Source: Candidatus Woesearchaeota archaeon (GTDB lineage Archaea > Nanobdellota > Nanobdellia > SCGC-AAA011-G17 > UBA489). From it: DNA of 64,000 nt. The stretch covers positions 21,530-85,529 of the forward strand of contig CAYIXG010000007.1 of assembly GCA_964367375.1 (NCBI GenBank), given 5' to 3'. A program made the translations under genes and the position numbers. The notes beneath the pieces are model-generated. The model saw only the letters and a program-made list of their open reading frames with translations, made no database searches and was not told the DNA's origin. Shown in pieces: positions 10,349 to 18,596 of this stretch; within the stretch, counting starts at the first letter, position 1, and the number at the start of each line of letters is the position of its first letter.

Positions 10349-10947
10349 GGCAGGTACCTGATAGGATGGTAACGATTGTGCTGATTATTGCAATAATAGT
10401 AGCAATAAGTGGTTTTGTGAATGTGGTGAATAAGGTGGGTGGTGATTTTTCACTCATTACAGGTTTCGCCACTTCCGGAACGGGTATTGTGAATGTGACT
10501 GTTGATGCAACTGCCGCAATTACATTAACAAACTCAACAGTAGAATTTGGAAACGGTGCAGTTACTGGAGGGGCAGTAGGAACGATTGTTAACACATCTG
10601 AGTGGGCTGGTCAGCCGAGCACGTTTGCGAATTCTGCTCCGATTACGGTGCAGAATGATGGGAATGTGGATGTGAATATTACTATTAATGGGACTCCTGT
10701 GGCAACCTTTTTGAATTCAAACTCGCAGTTTCAGTGGGCAGGTGCAACTGGGGAAGGAGGTTGTCCTGCTGCAAATCTCACCACAACATTGACGGAAATG
10801 GCTGCTGCTGCTGCGTACGTGTGTACAAATTTAACTTCTCTTGATTCTGCAGATCATTTTAATATTAACATTCAGGTGAATTTATCTTCTGATCTTCTTG
10901 CACAAACATATACTGCGGATGTGGAAATTGTAGCTGCTCAAGTATAA
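10345..10947 (+). CDS. Secreted/anchored 200-aa beta-rich protein with TGFATSGTG post-anchor motif
   Basis: ATGA overlap with the upstream gene. N-terminal hydrophobic segment MVTIVLIIAIIVAISGFV, followed by LITGFATSGTGIVNVTV. The mature part is rich in Thr/Asn/Gly/Ala with NxS/T sites. Confidence 0.6.
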   Translation: MRQVPDRMVTIVLIIAIIVAISGFVNVVNKVGGDFSLITGFATSGTGIVNVTVDATAAITLTNSTVEFGNGAVTGGAVGTIVNTSEWAGQPSTFANSAPITVQNDGNVDVNITINGTPVATFLNSNSQFQWAGATGEGGCPAANLTTTLTEMAAAAAYVCTNLTSLDSADHFNINIQVNLSSDLLAQTYTADVEIVAAQV

Positions 10948-10988
10948 AGCACCATATCTTTATATAAGAGAATAAGCATAAAAGACTG

Positions 10989-12173
10989 ATGAAAAAGAGG
11001 ATGTTCTGGATAGGAATATTCATTATAGGTTTTGTTTTGTTACAGGGTAAGACAAGCGAATCAGTAGGAATAAGCCCTCCGAGAATTGAGAGAGTGTTTT
11101 CACCAAATTTTGAGGAGAATATTACTGTTAATATCATTAATACTCGAGATGAGGAGGTGAATATGTTTGTGGGTGTTGATGGTGATATAAGCGATTTTAT
11201 AGGGGTGAGTGAGCAAGAGTTCAAGTTAGATGGAAGGCAGTCGAAGCCTGTTATTCTAAGCGTAAAATTGCCTGCAAAATTAAAGCCAGGGATTCATACA
11301 GTAAGCATTATTGCAAGGGAATTGCCAGTGGAAAAGAAATCAGGCATAACCGCATTTCCTTCAATAAAGGGGGAGTTGCGATTGGCAGTGCCGTATCCAG
11401 GAAAGTTCGTGGAATTGCAGGTTGAGGTGCAAAATAAGAATCGTGACGAGCCTATTGAAGTAAAAGTGCTTGCAAGTAATAGAGGAACAGATGAGGTAGG
11501 GGTCCTCAGGATAGAAGCAAGGGTGGTGGATGAGAAAGGAAAGTTCAAAGAGCAGGTGCAAACAACAAGGAGAAAAATAGGTGCAGAGAAAAATGAAGAA
11601 ATAAGTATTCTCTTAAGCGCTGAAAAATATGATGTGGGGATATACCATTTGTTTGTAAAGGGTGTGTACGATGGAATACAGACAGAAGAGATGGAAAGAG
11701 TGTTCCAGGTAGGGCACTTGTTTGTCAACATTGTAAATGTCACTTCCCTATTTAAAAAAGATAAGATTCAAAAGGTGAGCATTGAAGTGGAAAGTGGGTG
11801 GAATAACAGGATTGATGGCTTGTATGCAGAAATGGTGGTGTTCAAAGAAGGAAAGGAAATGAAAGAGGCTGTCAAGAGTCCTTCAGTGTCTATTGATCCG
11901 TGGGAGAGAAAAATAATTTCTTTTTTCTGGGATACATCGGGAATTGAGGAGGGAGTATACGAAGGTCAAGTAATATTGTATTATGATTCCAAGACAACAG
12001 TTAAAAAGTTTCCGTTGATCATTGAGGAAGAAAAAAAGGGTGTAAATGGAACTATAATGATGGTTATTCTAATTTGTGTGCTTCTCTTCTTTGATATGGT
12101 ATGGCTGAGAGGGGTGAAAAAAAAGGATGGGTGGGAAAAAGGGGGGAAAAATAGAACCGAGTACAAGCTATGA
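10989..12173 (+). CDS. Type-I membrane surface protein with beta-sandwich domains (family member 2)
   Basis: Signal peptide MKKRMFWIGIFIIGFVLLQG. Domain ends: PGIHTVSIIARELP, VGIYHLFVKGVYDG, GVYEGQVILYYD. C-terminal TM IMMVILICVLLFFDMVWL plus a basic tail. Confidence 0.65.
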   Translation: MKKRMFWIGIFIIGFVLLQGKTSESVGISPPRIERVFSPNFEENITVNIINTRDEEVNMFVGVDGDISDFIGVSEQEFKLDGRQSKPVILSVKLPAKLKPGIHTVSIIARELPVEKKSGITAFPSIKGELRLAVPYPGKFVELQVEVQNKNRDEPIEVKVLASNRGTDEVGVLRIEARVVDEKGKFKEQVQTTRRKIGAEKNEEISILLSAEKYDVGIYHLFVKGVYDGIQTEEMERVFQVGHLFVNIVNVTSLFKKDKIQKVSIEVESGWNNRIDGLYAEMVVFKEGKEMKEAVKSPSVSIDPWERKIISFFWDTSGIEEGVYEGQVILYYDSKTTVKKFPLIIEEEKKGVNGTIMMVILICVLLFFDMVWLRGVKKKDGWEKGGKNRTEYKL

Positions 12174-12574
12174 AAAAGAGAACAAAAGGTGTTGTGGTTG
12201 CTGTGCTGGGGATAGTAATAATAATTGGAGTGTGGTTTGTTGTGCCGATGAGAGTGATTGAAATGCCAGTAGTGATAACAGTTGGAGATCGAATAGGAAT
12301 TAATCTGGATAAGGATAAGGTGTATTTGGGAACAACTCCTCCAGGAACGCAAATTAAAAGGGGAATATCAATAGTAAGCGAGAAGGAAGGGAGGCTGTTT
12401 ATAGAAGTTGAGGGTATTACCTTTGTGAGTCCTGATAGAAAGAGAGTGGATGTTAAAGAAGGGGGTCAGGTGAGCGTGATGCTGGTCGCCGATGTTCCTG
12501 CAAATCAAGAATTAGGAATGTATGAAGGTAAAGTAAAGATTGTTGCGAAGAGGGTGTGGAAGGTATTGTCATGA
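12170..12574 (+). CDS. N-terminally anchored single beta-sandwich protein (134 aa)
   Basis: ATGA overlap with the upstream gene. TM GVVVAVLGIVIIIGVWFVV, then one domain ending in GMYEGKVKIVAKR. Confidence 0.6.
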   Translation: MKKRTKGVVVAVLGIVIIIGVWFVVPMRVIEMPVVITVGDRIGINLDKDKVYLGTTPPGTQIKRGISIVSEKEGRLFIEVEGITFVSPDRKRVDVKEGGQVSVMLVADVPANQELGMYEGKVKIVAKRVWKVLS

Positions 12575-13557
12575 ATCGAAGGGAAAAAAAGAAGCTAGCA
12601 AATAATCTGCTTTTGAGCATAGGAGTGATATTGATAGTGTGTGCCATCATTTTTTTTGGTGCAGTTATGATAAAAATAAAGGGGTTGACAGGGCAGGCAA
12701 CATCTGGTTCAGGGACAGTAAGCATAACTGTGGTGGCGGGAAATGAAACGCAAGTTGGAGCGCCGGCAGATAGTTCTCTGGGAGGGGCAAGAGGCGGAGG
12801 GATAGAAGGAGGGACATCTTTTGATGTGGTATCTTCATCCTATCAAGTGATGCTTATTGAAAAGAGTGAAGAGGAAAGGGAATTAAGGGTAAAAAATAGG
12901 GGAGATATCACCAATGAGTTTACAGTGTATACAAATAATGAGTTCATAAAGGTATTTCCAGCAGAGTTTTCGATCAGGCCAGGAGAAGAAAAGATTATTA
13001 CTATTGTTGTAAGAAGTGACAAGCCAGGAATTAGTGTAGGAAGGATTACAGTGAGTTCAAGATTTGGTGGTCAGAAAGAGATTCCAGTCATTATTAATGG
13101 AATATCAAGAGAGGTCTCATTCTCGCTTGAGGTAAATATTCCTGAGCAGTTTAAGGTGATTAGTCCTGAGGGTGAAATCTTGATGGATATATCTCTTGAG
13201 GGGCTGAAGGGAGGATATGTGGATATGAGTTATATCATCAAGGATGCCTCGAACCGTGGCATTTTCAGGGAAAATGAGCTGTTGCCGGTGAAAGAGTCGA
13301 TGAGCTTCCAAAAAACAGTAAAAGTGCCTCGTGAGCTAAAGCCAGGGTCGTATGTGATTGGAGTGCAGGTCAATTATAAGGGGCAGACGAAGGTTGCGAG
13401 CAGTTTTTTTACTGTTGCAAAAGATGCGCCAATAAAGGTTGAAGAGCCAACAGCAAAGAAGAACAATGGTGCGCTGATGTTGTTTGTGTTTATTGTTATT
13501 CTCTCTGGGTTGCATATCTTTTTTGCAAGGCAGAAAAAGGAAGAGGTTAAATTTTGA
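12571..13557 (+). CDS. Type-I/bitopic surface protein with beta-sandwich domains (family member 3)
   Basis: The ATG at 12571 overlaps the upstream stop (ATGA). N-terminal TM LLLSIGVILIVCAIIFFGAV, then LTGQATSGSGTVSITVV. Domain ends GISVGRITVSS and PGSYVIGVQVNYKG; C-terminal TM ALMLFVFIVILSGLHIFF plus a basic tail. Confidence 0.65.
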   Translation: MNRREKKKLANNLLLSIGVILIVCAIIFFGAVMIKIKGLTGQATSGSGTVSITVVAGNETQVGAPADSSLGGARGGGIEGGTSFDVVSSSYQVMLIEKSEEERELRVKNRGDITNEFTVYTNNEFIKVFPAEFSIRPGEEKIITIVVRSDKPGISVGRITVSSRFGGQKEIPVIINGISREVSFSLEVNIPEQFKVISPEGEILMDISLEGLKGGYVDMSYIIKDASNRGIFRENELLPVKESMSFQKTVKVPRELKPGSYVIGVQVNYKGQTKVASSFFTVAKDAPIKVEEPTAKKNNGALMLFVFIVILSGLHIFFARQKKEEVKF

Positions 13558-16500
13558 GGCTGATAACCTTGCTTACCCCATTCTCTTGCATGCTCACGCC
13601 ATAGATTTGGTCTGCTTCTGAGATGACAGAATCATTGTGAGAAATGAGGATATACTGTGCTGTTTGGGAGTATTGTTTGATAAGCTTGCTGAGAAGTTGG
13701 GAGTTGGTCTTGTCGAGTGCTGCATCGACCTCATCGAGGAGGTAGAAGGATTCTGGCTGGTGCTCTTGGATGGCAAAGATGAGCGCGAGTGCTGCAATGG
13801 TTTTTTCTCCGCCGCTGAGTGATTTGATGTCAAGGTGTTTATTTCCGATGATTTTGACCTGAATTTCAACGCCTCCTTGCAGGGGGTCTTCCTTGTTTTC
13901 GAGCACGAGGCTTGCCTCTCCCTTGGTGGAGAGTGAATTAAAGACGGTGGTGAGGTTTTTGTTGATAACGGTAAATGTCTTCATGAAGGTTCCTTTTTTC
14001 TTTTTCTCGATTTCATACATCATTTGAATGACTTGTTCTTTTTCTTCTTTGAGTTTTGCAACTTTTTCGAGGATGGCTTCATATTCTTTTTTGATGTTTT
14101 CATAGACCTCTAATGCTCTCAGGTTGACATTACCCATTTGGATCATGAGCTGTTCAAAGTGTTTTATCTCTTCTTTGAGCTTGTCGTGATCAATATTTTT
14201 TCTGAGTGGCGTTCCTTTGTATTCGTCAAATTCTTTTTCAAGCACGTCAAGTTCTGCATTAATTTTTGCTTTGACGATGGAAATCTCGTTCATTTTATTG
14301 TTCATGTCTTTTATTTTCGCTTCCTCAATAGTGATTGCTGCTTCAGATTTTTGAATTTCTTCGGTAAGCTTGTTCCTTTGGGTGAAAAGGTTTTTGTATG
14401 CTTGTTGGAATGCTTGTTCTTTCTTTTCGCTTTCTTTGAGTGAGGTTTGTTGTTGTTTTAAGAGGGTGTGAAGGTGCTCTTTCTCTTTGATGAATGAGGA
14501 GGTTTCTTTGTCATGCTCTTTAATGATCTCTTGTGTTTTGGTGAGCTCAGGATTGTAGATGTTCTGGATCTGAAGTGTAATATTTTTTAGATCTGTTTCT
14601 ATTTGGACGATTTCTGTGCGTGTGTTTTGGTGTTTGTGCTCGTGCTTTTCAAGTTCCTGCGTGTTTGCTTCTCCAGAAGTGTATTGTTTGCGTAATGTTT
14701 CCTTTTCTTTGCGGAGTTTGGAAACTTCTTTTTGAAGGGTAATGAGCTCTTTTTCCGCAGTGAAAAATGTCTGGTAAATAGTGTCTTTGTGGAGTGTTTC
14801 AATGTCTTGTTTGAGTTGTTTGATGCTTAAGCCTCCAGTTGTTGTCTCTATCTTAATCAGTTCTCCTTCGGAAGTGTTCTTTACTTTGAGGAGTTCATAG
14901 AGTTTCTTTTTGATTTCTTCTCTTCGTTTTTGGATGATAGTTTGTTTTTTTTCAAGTTCCACAAGTTCTTTCTCAATCTTTTCTTTGCTTCCGCTGACGT
15001 CTTTTTCTTGGAAAGAGAGACCAGGTCTCTTCATGCGATATCCGCCAACCATAGCTCCGCTCAGTTCGACCAGATCTCCATCAAGGGTTACCATTCTCAT
15101 TTTTCCGATGCCAACGTTTCGTGCTGTTGCAATGTCATCAACAACGATGGTGCCGCCGAAGAGGAAGGAGAATATATTCTTGAATGGAGGTTCAAATTGG
15201 ATGAGGTCGAGTGCAGAGCCATGAATGCCCTTGCCAGTCAGGCTAGGTGTTTGCTTTCCTTTGATTTTGTTGAGGGGAAGGAAGGTTGCGATGCCTATTT
15301 TTTCTTGTTTGAGGAGTGTAATGCAATCGGCAGCGATCTTGTCGTCTGCAACAACAATATTTTTCATGCGTGTTCCTGCAGCGACTTCTAATGCCAAAGA
15401 GTATCGGGGATCAACAGTGCCAAGTTGGTTAACAGTACCGTATACGCCTTGTTTGTGGAGATTGATGATTTTTTTTACTGCATGGTCTTCGAAGACGCTT
15501 TCCTTGATGCCGCTTTCTTTGGCGCGGAGTTGAAAGAGTTCTCTGTTTTTTCTGAGGATGTTGTCACTAATGGATTCAAGTTGAGTGTAAAGCGAATCCT
15601 CTTCAGCTTGGAGGGTTGCATGTTCTTTGTCGAATTTCTCGATGTCTTTGCGCGTTTTGTCAATGTTCATCTCTTTGTCGAGTGCTGTGAATCCTTTGAG
15701 CTTGTCTTGAAGAGATGCTATCTTTGCGTCAATGGAAAATTTCTTGTGAAGGATGTCTCGGTGTTTTTCCTGCGTGTGTGCGAAGCTTTTTTCAGCAACA
15801 TCAAGTTTCTGCTCAAGTGCATCAAGTTCTGAGTGTTCTCCAAGTCCTATTTGTTCGCGAAGGGTCTTGACGAGTGCTGCTTGTTTTTGTTCTTGTGTGG
15901 TGAGCTGTTGCAATTTCACGTGGAGCTCTTTTGTGTTTGTTTCAAGTCCTTTGATGGTGTGTTGCGTGTCTTGAATGGTGGTATACATCTGCTTTTTCCG
16001 TTCTTCAACGCGGGATATTTCATTTGCGACAGTATTGAATCGTTCGGTGTTGCGGACAATGTCTGTTTTGAGTGTTTCGATGTCTTTGTGGAGCATGACT
16101 GCTTCTTTTTCGCCTTTTGTTTCAATGTCTTGTTCGACTGTTTTGAGTTCGTCTTTTTTGTTTTGAATTTTTTGCTTCAGTTCAGTAATCTTATGTTCAG
16201 TGTGTTGGACAGCATCATTCTGGTTTTGAATTCTTTTTTCAACTGCGTCTTTCTTTTCTTGGTGGTCTTTCACTTGGTAGTGAAGGTATGTTGCCTTGTT
16301 GCTTTTGATGTTTTTTTCAAGCTCCTTGTACTTCATCGCTTGGTCTCTGTCTTTCTTAAGCTCGCGCAGGTACGCGTCTCGTTCGTTGAGGATAATGGAT
16401 GCCTCATTCATTTTTTCATCTACTTTAGTAAATTCATTCAGTGCTTTTGCTTTTCGTTCTTCAAATACGCCGATGCCTGATATGTCTTCGATGAGTTCGC

Positions 16501-16975
16501 GCATTTCATTGGGTTTCATGTCAACAAACCGAATGATATCTCCTTGCAGGATGATATTGTGCCCGTCAGGGTTGATGTGGGCTGTTGCGAGAAGCTCAAG
16601 GATTTGTTGTCGTGTTCTCACTTCATCATTTATGCGATAAGTGGATGTGCCATTTTGTTTGATGGAGCGGGTGAGCTTGAGTTCATCTCCCCCTATTTTG
16701 AACTCGTTGTTGTCATTTCTGAAGAAGATGCTGACTTCTGCTTCTTGCAGTGGGTTTCCCTTTTTGCCTCCGTTGAAGATAAGGTTGGCGCTTTTTTCAG
16801 CGCGCATACTTTTTGCAGAGAGCTCTCCAAGGACAAAACAGAGAGCATCCATGATGTTGCTTTTCCCACTGCCATTTGGACCAAGAACGCAATTAAAACC
16901 AGAGCCAAAATCGAGGTCAATGGGTTTTGCGAAGCTTTTGAAGCCCCGCAGGTGTATCTTCTTTATGTTCGTCAT
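13547..16975 (-). CDS. smc: SMC chromosome segregation ATPase
   Basis: Walker A GPNGSGKSN, long Lys/Glu-rich coiled-coil arms, and a hinge (GVYGTVNQLGTVDPRYSLALEVAAG). Signature motif LSGGEKTIAALALIFA and Walker B FYLLDEVDAALD. Confidence 0.95.
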   Translation of the reverse strand: MTNIKKIHLRGFKSFAKPIDLDFGSGFNCVLGPNGSGKSNIMDALCFVLGELSAKSMRAEKSANLIFNGGKKGNPLQEAEVSIFFRNDNNEFKIGGDELKLTRSIKQNGTSTYRINDEVRTRQQILELLATAHINPDGHNIILQGDIIRFVDMKPNEMRELIEDISGIGVFEERKAKALNEFTKVDEKMNEASIILNERDAYLRELKKDRDQAMKYKELEKNIKSNKATYLHYQVKDHQEKKDAVEKRIQNQNDAVQHTEHKITELKQKIQNKKDELKTVEQDIETKGEKEAVMLHKDIETLKTDIVRNTERFNTVANEISRVEERKKQMYTTIQDTQHTIKGLETNTKELHVKLQQLTTQEQKQAALVKTLREQIGLGEHSELDALEQKLDVAEKSFAHTQEKHRDILHKKFSIDAKIASLQDKLKGFTALDKEMNIDKTRKDIEKFDKEHATLQAEEDSLYTQLESISDNILRKNRELFQLRAKESGIKESVFEDHAVKKIINLHKQGVYGTVNQLGTVDPRYSLALEVAAGTRMKNIVVADDKIAADCITLLKQEKIGIATFLPLNKIKGKQTPSLTGKGIHGSALDLIQFEPPFKNIFSFLFGGTIVVDDIATARNVGIGKMRMVTLDGDLVELSGAMVGGYRMKRPGLSFQEKDVSGSKEKIEKELVELEKKQTIIQKRREEIKKKLYELLKVKNTSEGELIKIETTTGGLSIKQLKQDIETLHKDTIYQTFFTAEKELITLQKEVSKLRKEKETLRKQYTSGEANTQELEKHEHKHQNTRTEIVQIETDLKNITLQIQNIYNPELTKTQEIIKEHDKETSSFIKEKEHLHTLLKQQQTSLKESEKKEQAFQQAYKNLFTQRNKLTEEIQKSEAAITIEEAKIKDMNNKMNEISIVKAKINAELDVLEKEFDEYKGTPLRKNIDHDKLKEEIKHFEQLMIQMGNVNLRALEVYENIKKEYEAILEKVAKLKEEKEQVIQMMYEIEKKKKGTFMKTFTVINKNLTTVFNSLSTKGEASLVLENKEDPLQGGVEIQVKIIGNKHLDIKSLSGGEKTIAALALIFAIQEHQPESFYLLDEVDAALDKTNSQLLSKLIKQYSQTAQYILISHNDSVISEADQIYGVSMQENGVSKVISLKI

Positions 16976-16996
16976 AGCTACTAAAAAGGCTGTGTT

Positions 16997-17010
16997 TTTA
17001 TTTATAAAGG
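16997..17010 (-). promoter_or_regulatory. TATA box (CCTTTATAAATAAA on minus strand) 21 nt upstream of smc ATG
   Basis: AT-rich box with an upstream purine-rich stretch, at the spacing typical for archaeal leaderless genes. Confidence 0.45.
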
Positions 17011-17034
17011 TTACCTATGATTATGAGGAATAAT

Positions 17035-17042
17035 TTTTTATA
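17035..17042 (+). promoter_or_regulatory. TATA box (TTTTTATA) 22 nt upstream of ATG 17065
   Basis: Divergent partner of the smc promoter, with the same spacing. Confidence 0.45.
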
Positions 17043-17064
17043 GGAGGACTACACCAGATTGAAT

Positions 17065-17517
17065 ATGGGTATTCATATTATTAAGAAAGAAGAACAAAAA
17101 GAGGTTGCACGAGTGTTAGTGTCCTATTGGAAATCAAGAGGGATGAAGAAGCATACACAAAAATGGGCGTTAGAGTACCTTCAAAAGGGTCATAAAAAAG
17201 AAATTGTGAAGGACGAGTTTTTTGTGTATAATGAAGATAAAGAAATGAAGGGGGTTGTATCAGGAGTAACCTTCCATGGGAATGTTGCGGAAATTCGCGA
17301 TGAGGTAGCTATTCCTAGAGCGAATAGAGAACTATTCAAGAGAATAATAATAGAATTGGTAAGGAAACTAAAACAAAGAAAAGTAAGAAAAGTATATACA
17401 CTTGCATTGAAACAAACGAAGAAGGCATATAAGGAATTAGGTTTTAAACAAGAAGGTCTTTTAAGAGATCACTTTAAGAGAGGAGAAGATGTGGAGATTT
17501 GGAGTAAGTTATTGTGA
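17065..17517 (+). CDS. GNAT-family N-acetyltransferase-like protein
   Basis: The C-terminal half (RKVRKVYTLALKQTKKAYKELGFKQEGLLRDHFKRGEDVEIWSK) resembles the GNAT acetyl-CoA-binding beta-alpha-beta region. The ORF track starts at TTG 17059; ATG 17065 is preferred. Confidence 0.5.
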   Translation: MGIHIIKKEEQKEVARVLVSYWKSRGMKKHTQKWALEYLQKGHKKEIVKDEFFVYNEDKEMKGVVSGVTFHGNVAEIRDEVAIPRANRELFKRIIIELVRKLKQRKVRKVYTLALKQTKKAYKELGFKQEGLLRDHFKRGEDVEIWSKLL

Positions 17518-18168
17518 TGCAGAAAACTCATCAAGATTTTTTTGGTTTTTGTGATCCTGCTGTTTTTTCCAGGTTGACCAGCTTTTTCTGAAAATTTCGG
17601 GGTGCGTTTCCCAATGTTCTTTGATGAACTTTTGGGTGATGGAGTTGCTTTGATACCCTGGTCCGGTGTCTCCGTATTTCTTCTTGATCTTTTCCATCTC
17701 TTCTTCACGAACGCATTTTGCGATGATGGAAGCTGCAGCGACAGGCAGATGGCGTTCTGCCTTGTGTTCAACAATGAGTTCTGGCTGATAGGTGAGCCGA
17801 GTTTTGATGTAGTCGGTATACTTCTGAATGTTTGGGCTGGGACAATCGAGAATGACCTTGTCAGGTTTGAGCTCTTCGATGATTGCAATTGTTTTTTCAG
17901 CTTCCAACCAATTGAGGTTGAAATGAGTGGGTGATTCTACAGCGTCATCTATTTCCTGTGGGTGAACAGTCACTACTTTGTACTGGAGTGCTAAAGGTTT
18001 AAGTTCTTTGCAAATAGTGATGCGTTTAGGATGGGGGAGCAGTTTTGAGTCTTTCGCGCCAAGATCTTTGAGTTTTGGGATATTTTCTTCTTCAATCATG
18101 TATCCGACAATGATAAGAGGTCCTATGACCGGACCTTTTCCGGCTTCGTCAACGCCGAGGACTTTCAT
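17509..18168 (-). CDS. rnhB: Ribonuclease HII
   Basis: N-terminal catalytic motif MKVLGVDEAGKGPVIGPLII. Length and conserved DSK/Asp positions are typical of archaeal type-2 RNase H. Confidence 0.85.
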   Translation of the reverse strand: MKVLGVDEAGKGPVIGPLIIVGYMIEEENIPKLKDLGAKDSKLLPHPKRITICKELKPLALQYKVVTVHPQEIDDAVESPTHFNLNWLEAEKTIAIIEELKPDKVILDCPSPNIQKYTDYIKTRLTYQPELIVEHKAERHLPVAAASIIAKCVREEEMEKIKKKYGDTGPGYQSNSITQKFIKEHWETHPEIFRKSWSTWKKQQDHKNQKNLDEFSASQ

Positions 18169-18224
18169 GGGGTGAAGGCGGTTTGTGAGGTATAAATAAG
18201 TTTCGAATAAAAGAAAGGATTTTC

Positions 18225-18596
18225 ATGTTTTTGTGGGAAAGGGTTATTAAAAAGAAAACGAGAAAAAAGAGCATGATTGAGTTGTCGTTATGGTTGTATG
18301 GGAAGCCAAGTTGGGAGATGGATATTGAGGGGAAAAAAAGCATCGATGTGAATATGTTACGGGAGCAGGGTACGTATTTAAAAGAGCATTTGGAAACAAC
18401 TGCAGCTATTATTGAGCGTTTGCAGAAGGATGGGTGGGCGATGCTTGAGGTGTATGGTGAGGTGTATGAGCTCGTGTTTTACAAGGAAGCCATTCGTACG
18501 CAAGAAGAAGCAATTCTGAAGCTGCAGCAGTTAGGGATTGATATGCGGTGTGTGGATTTGAGGGAGTTTTGTGACGAGGAAGAGTGGGCAAGCTAG
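18225..18596 (+). CDS. Hypothetical protein (possibly starting at ATG 18273)
   Basis: Clean ORF with normal composition and no recognisable motif. Confidence 0.45.
   Translation: MFLWERVIKKKTRKKSMIELSLWLYGKPSWEMDIEGKKSIDVNMLREQGTYLKEHLETTAAIIERLQKDGWAMLEVYGEVYELVFYKEAIRTQEEAILKLQQLGIDMRCVDLREFCDEEEWAS

Noticed and set aside
8845-13557. Possible archaeosortase-type C-terminal sorting signals (PGF-CTERM, VPXXXP-CTERM, PEF-CTERM) on the type-I surface proteins.
   Set aside because: The C-terminal TM helices are not preceded by any shared tripeptide motif (sequences such as TVFLWILG, GTIMMVIL, GALMLFVF, KVFTFYIT). They look like plain stop-transfer anchors.
13594-17033. About twenty ORFs of 60-215 aa on the plus strand, or in other minus-strand frames, inside smc (e.g. 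15833-16480, 16544-16984).
   Set aside because: They lie entirely within the well-supported smc ORF. Their products are Phe/Cys/Ser/Leu-rich low-complexity strings, as expected from reading the Lys/Glu-rich coiled-coil codons antisense or out of frame.
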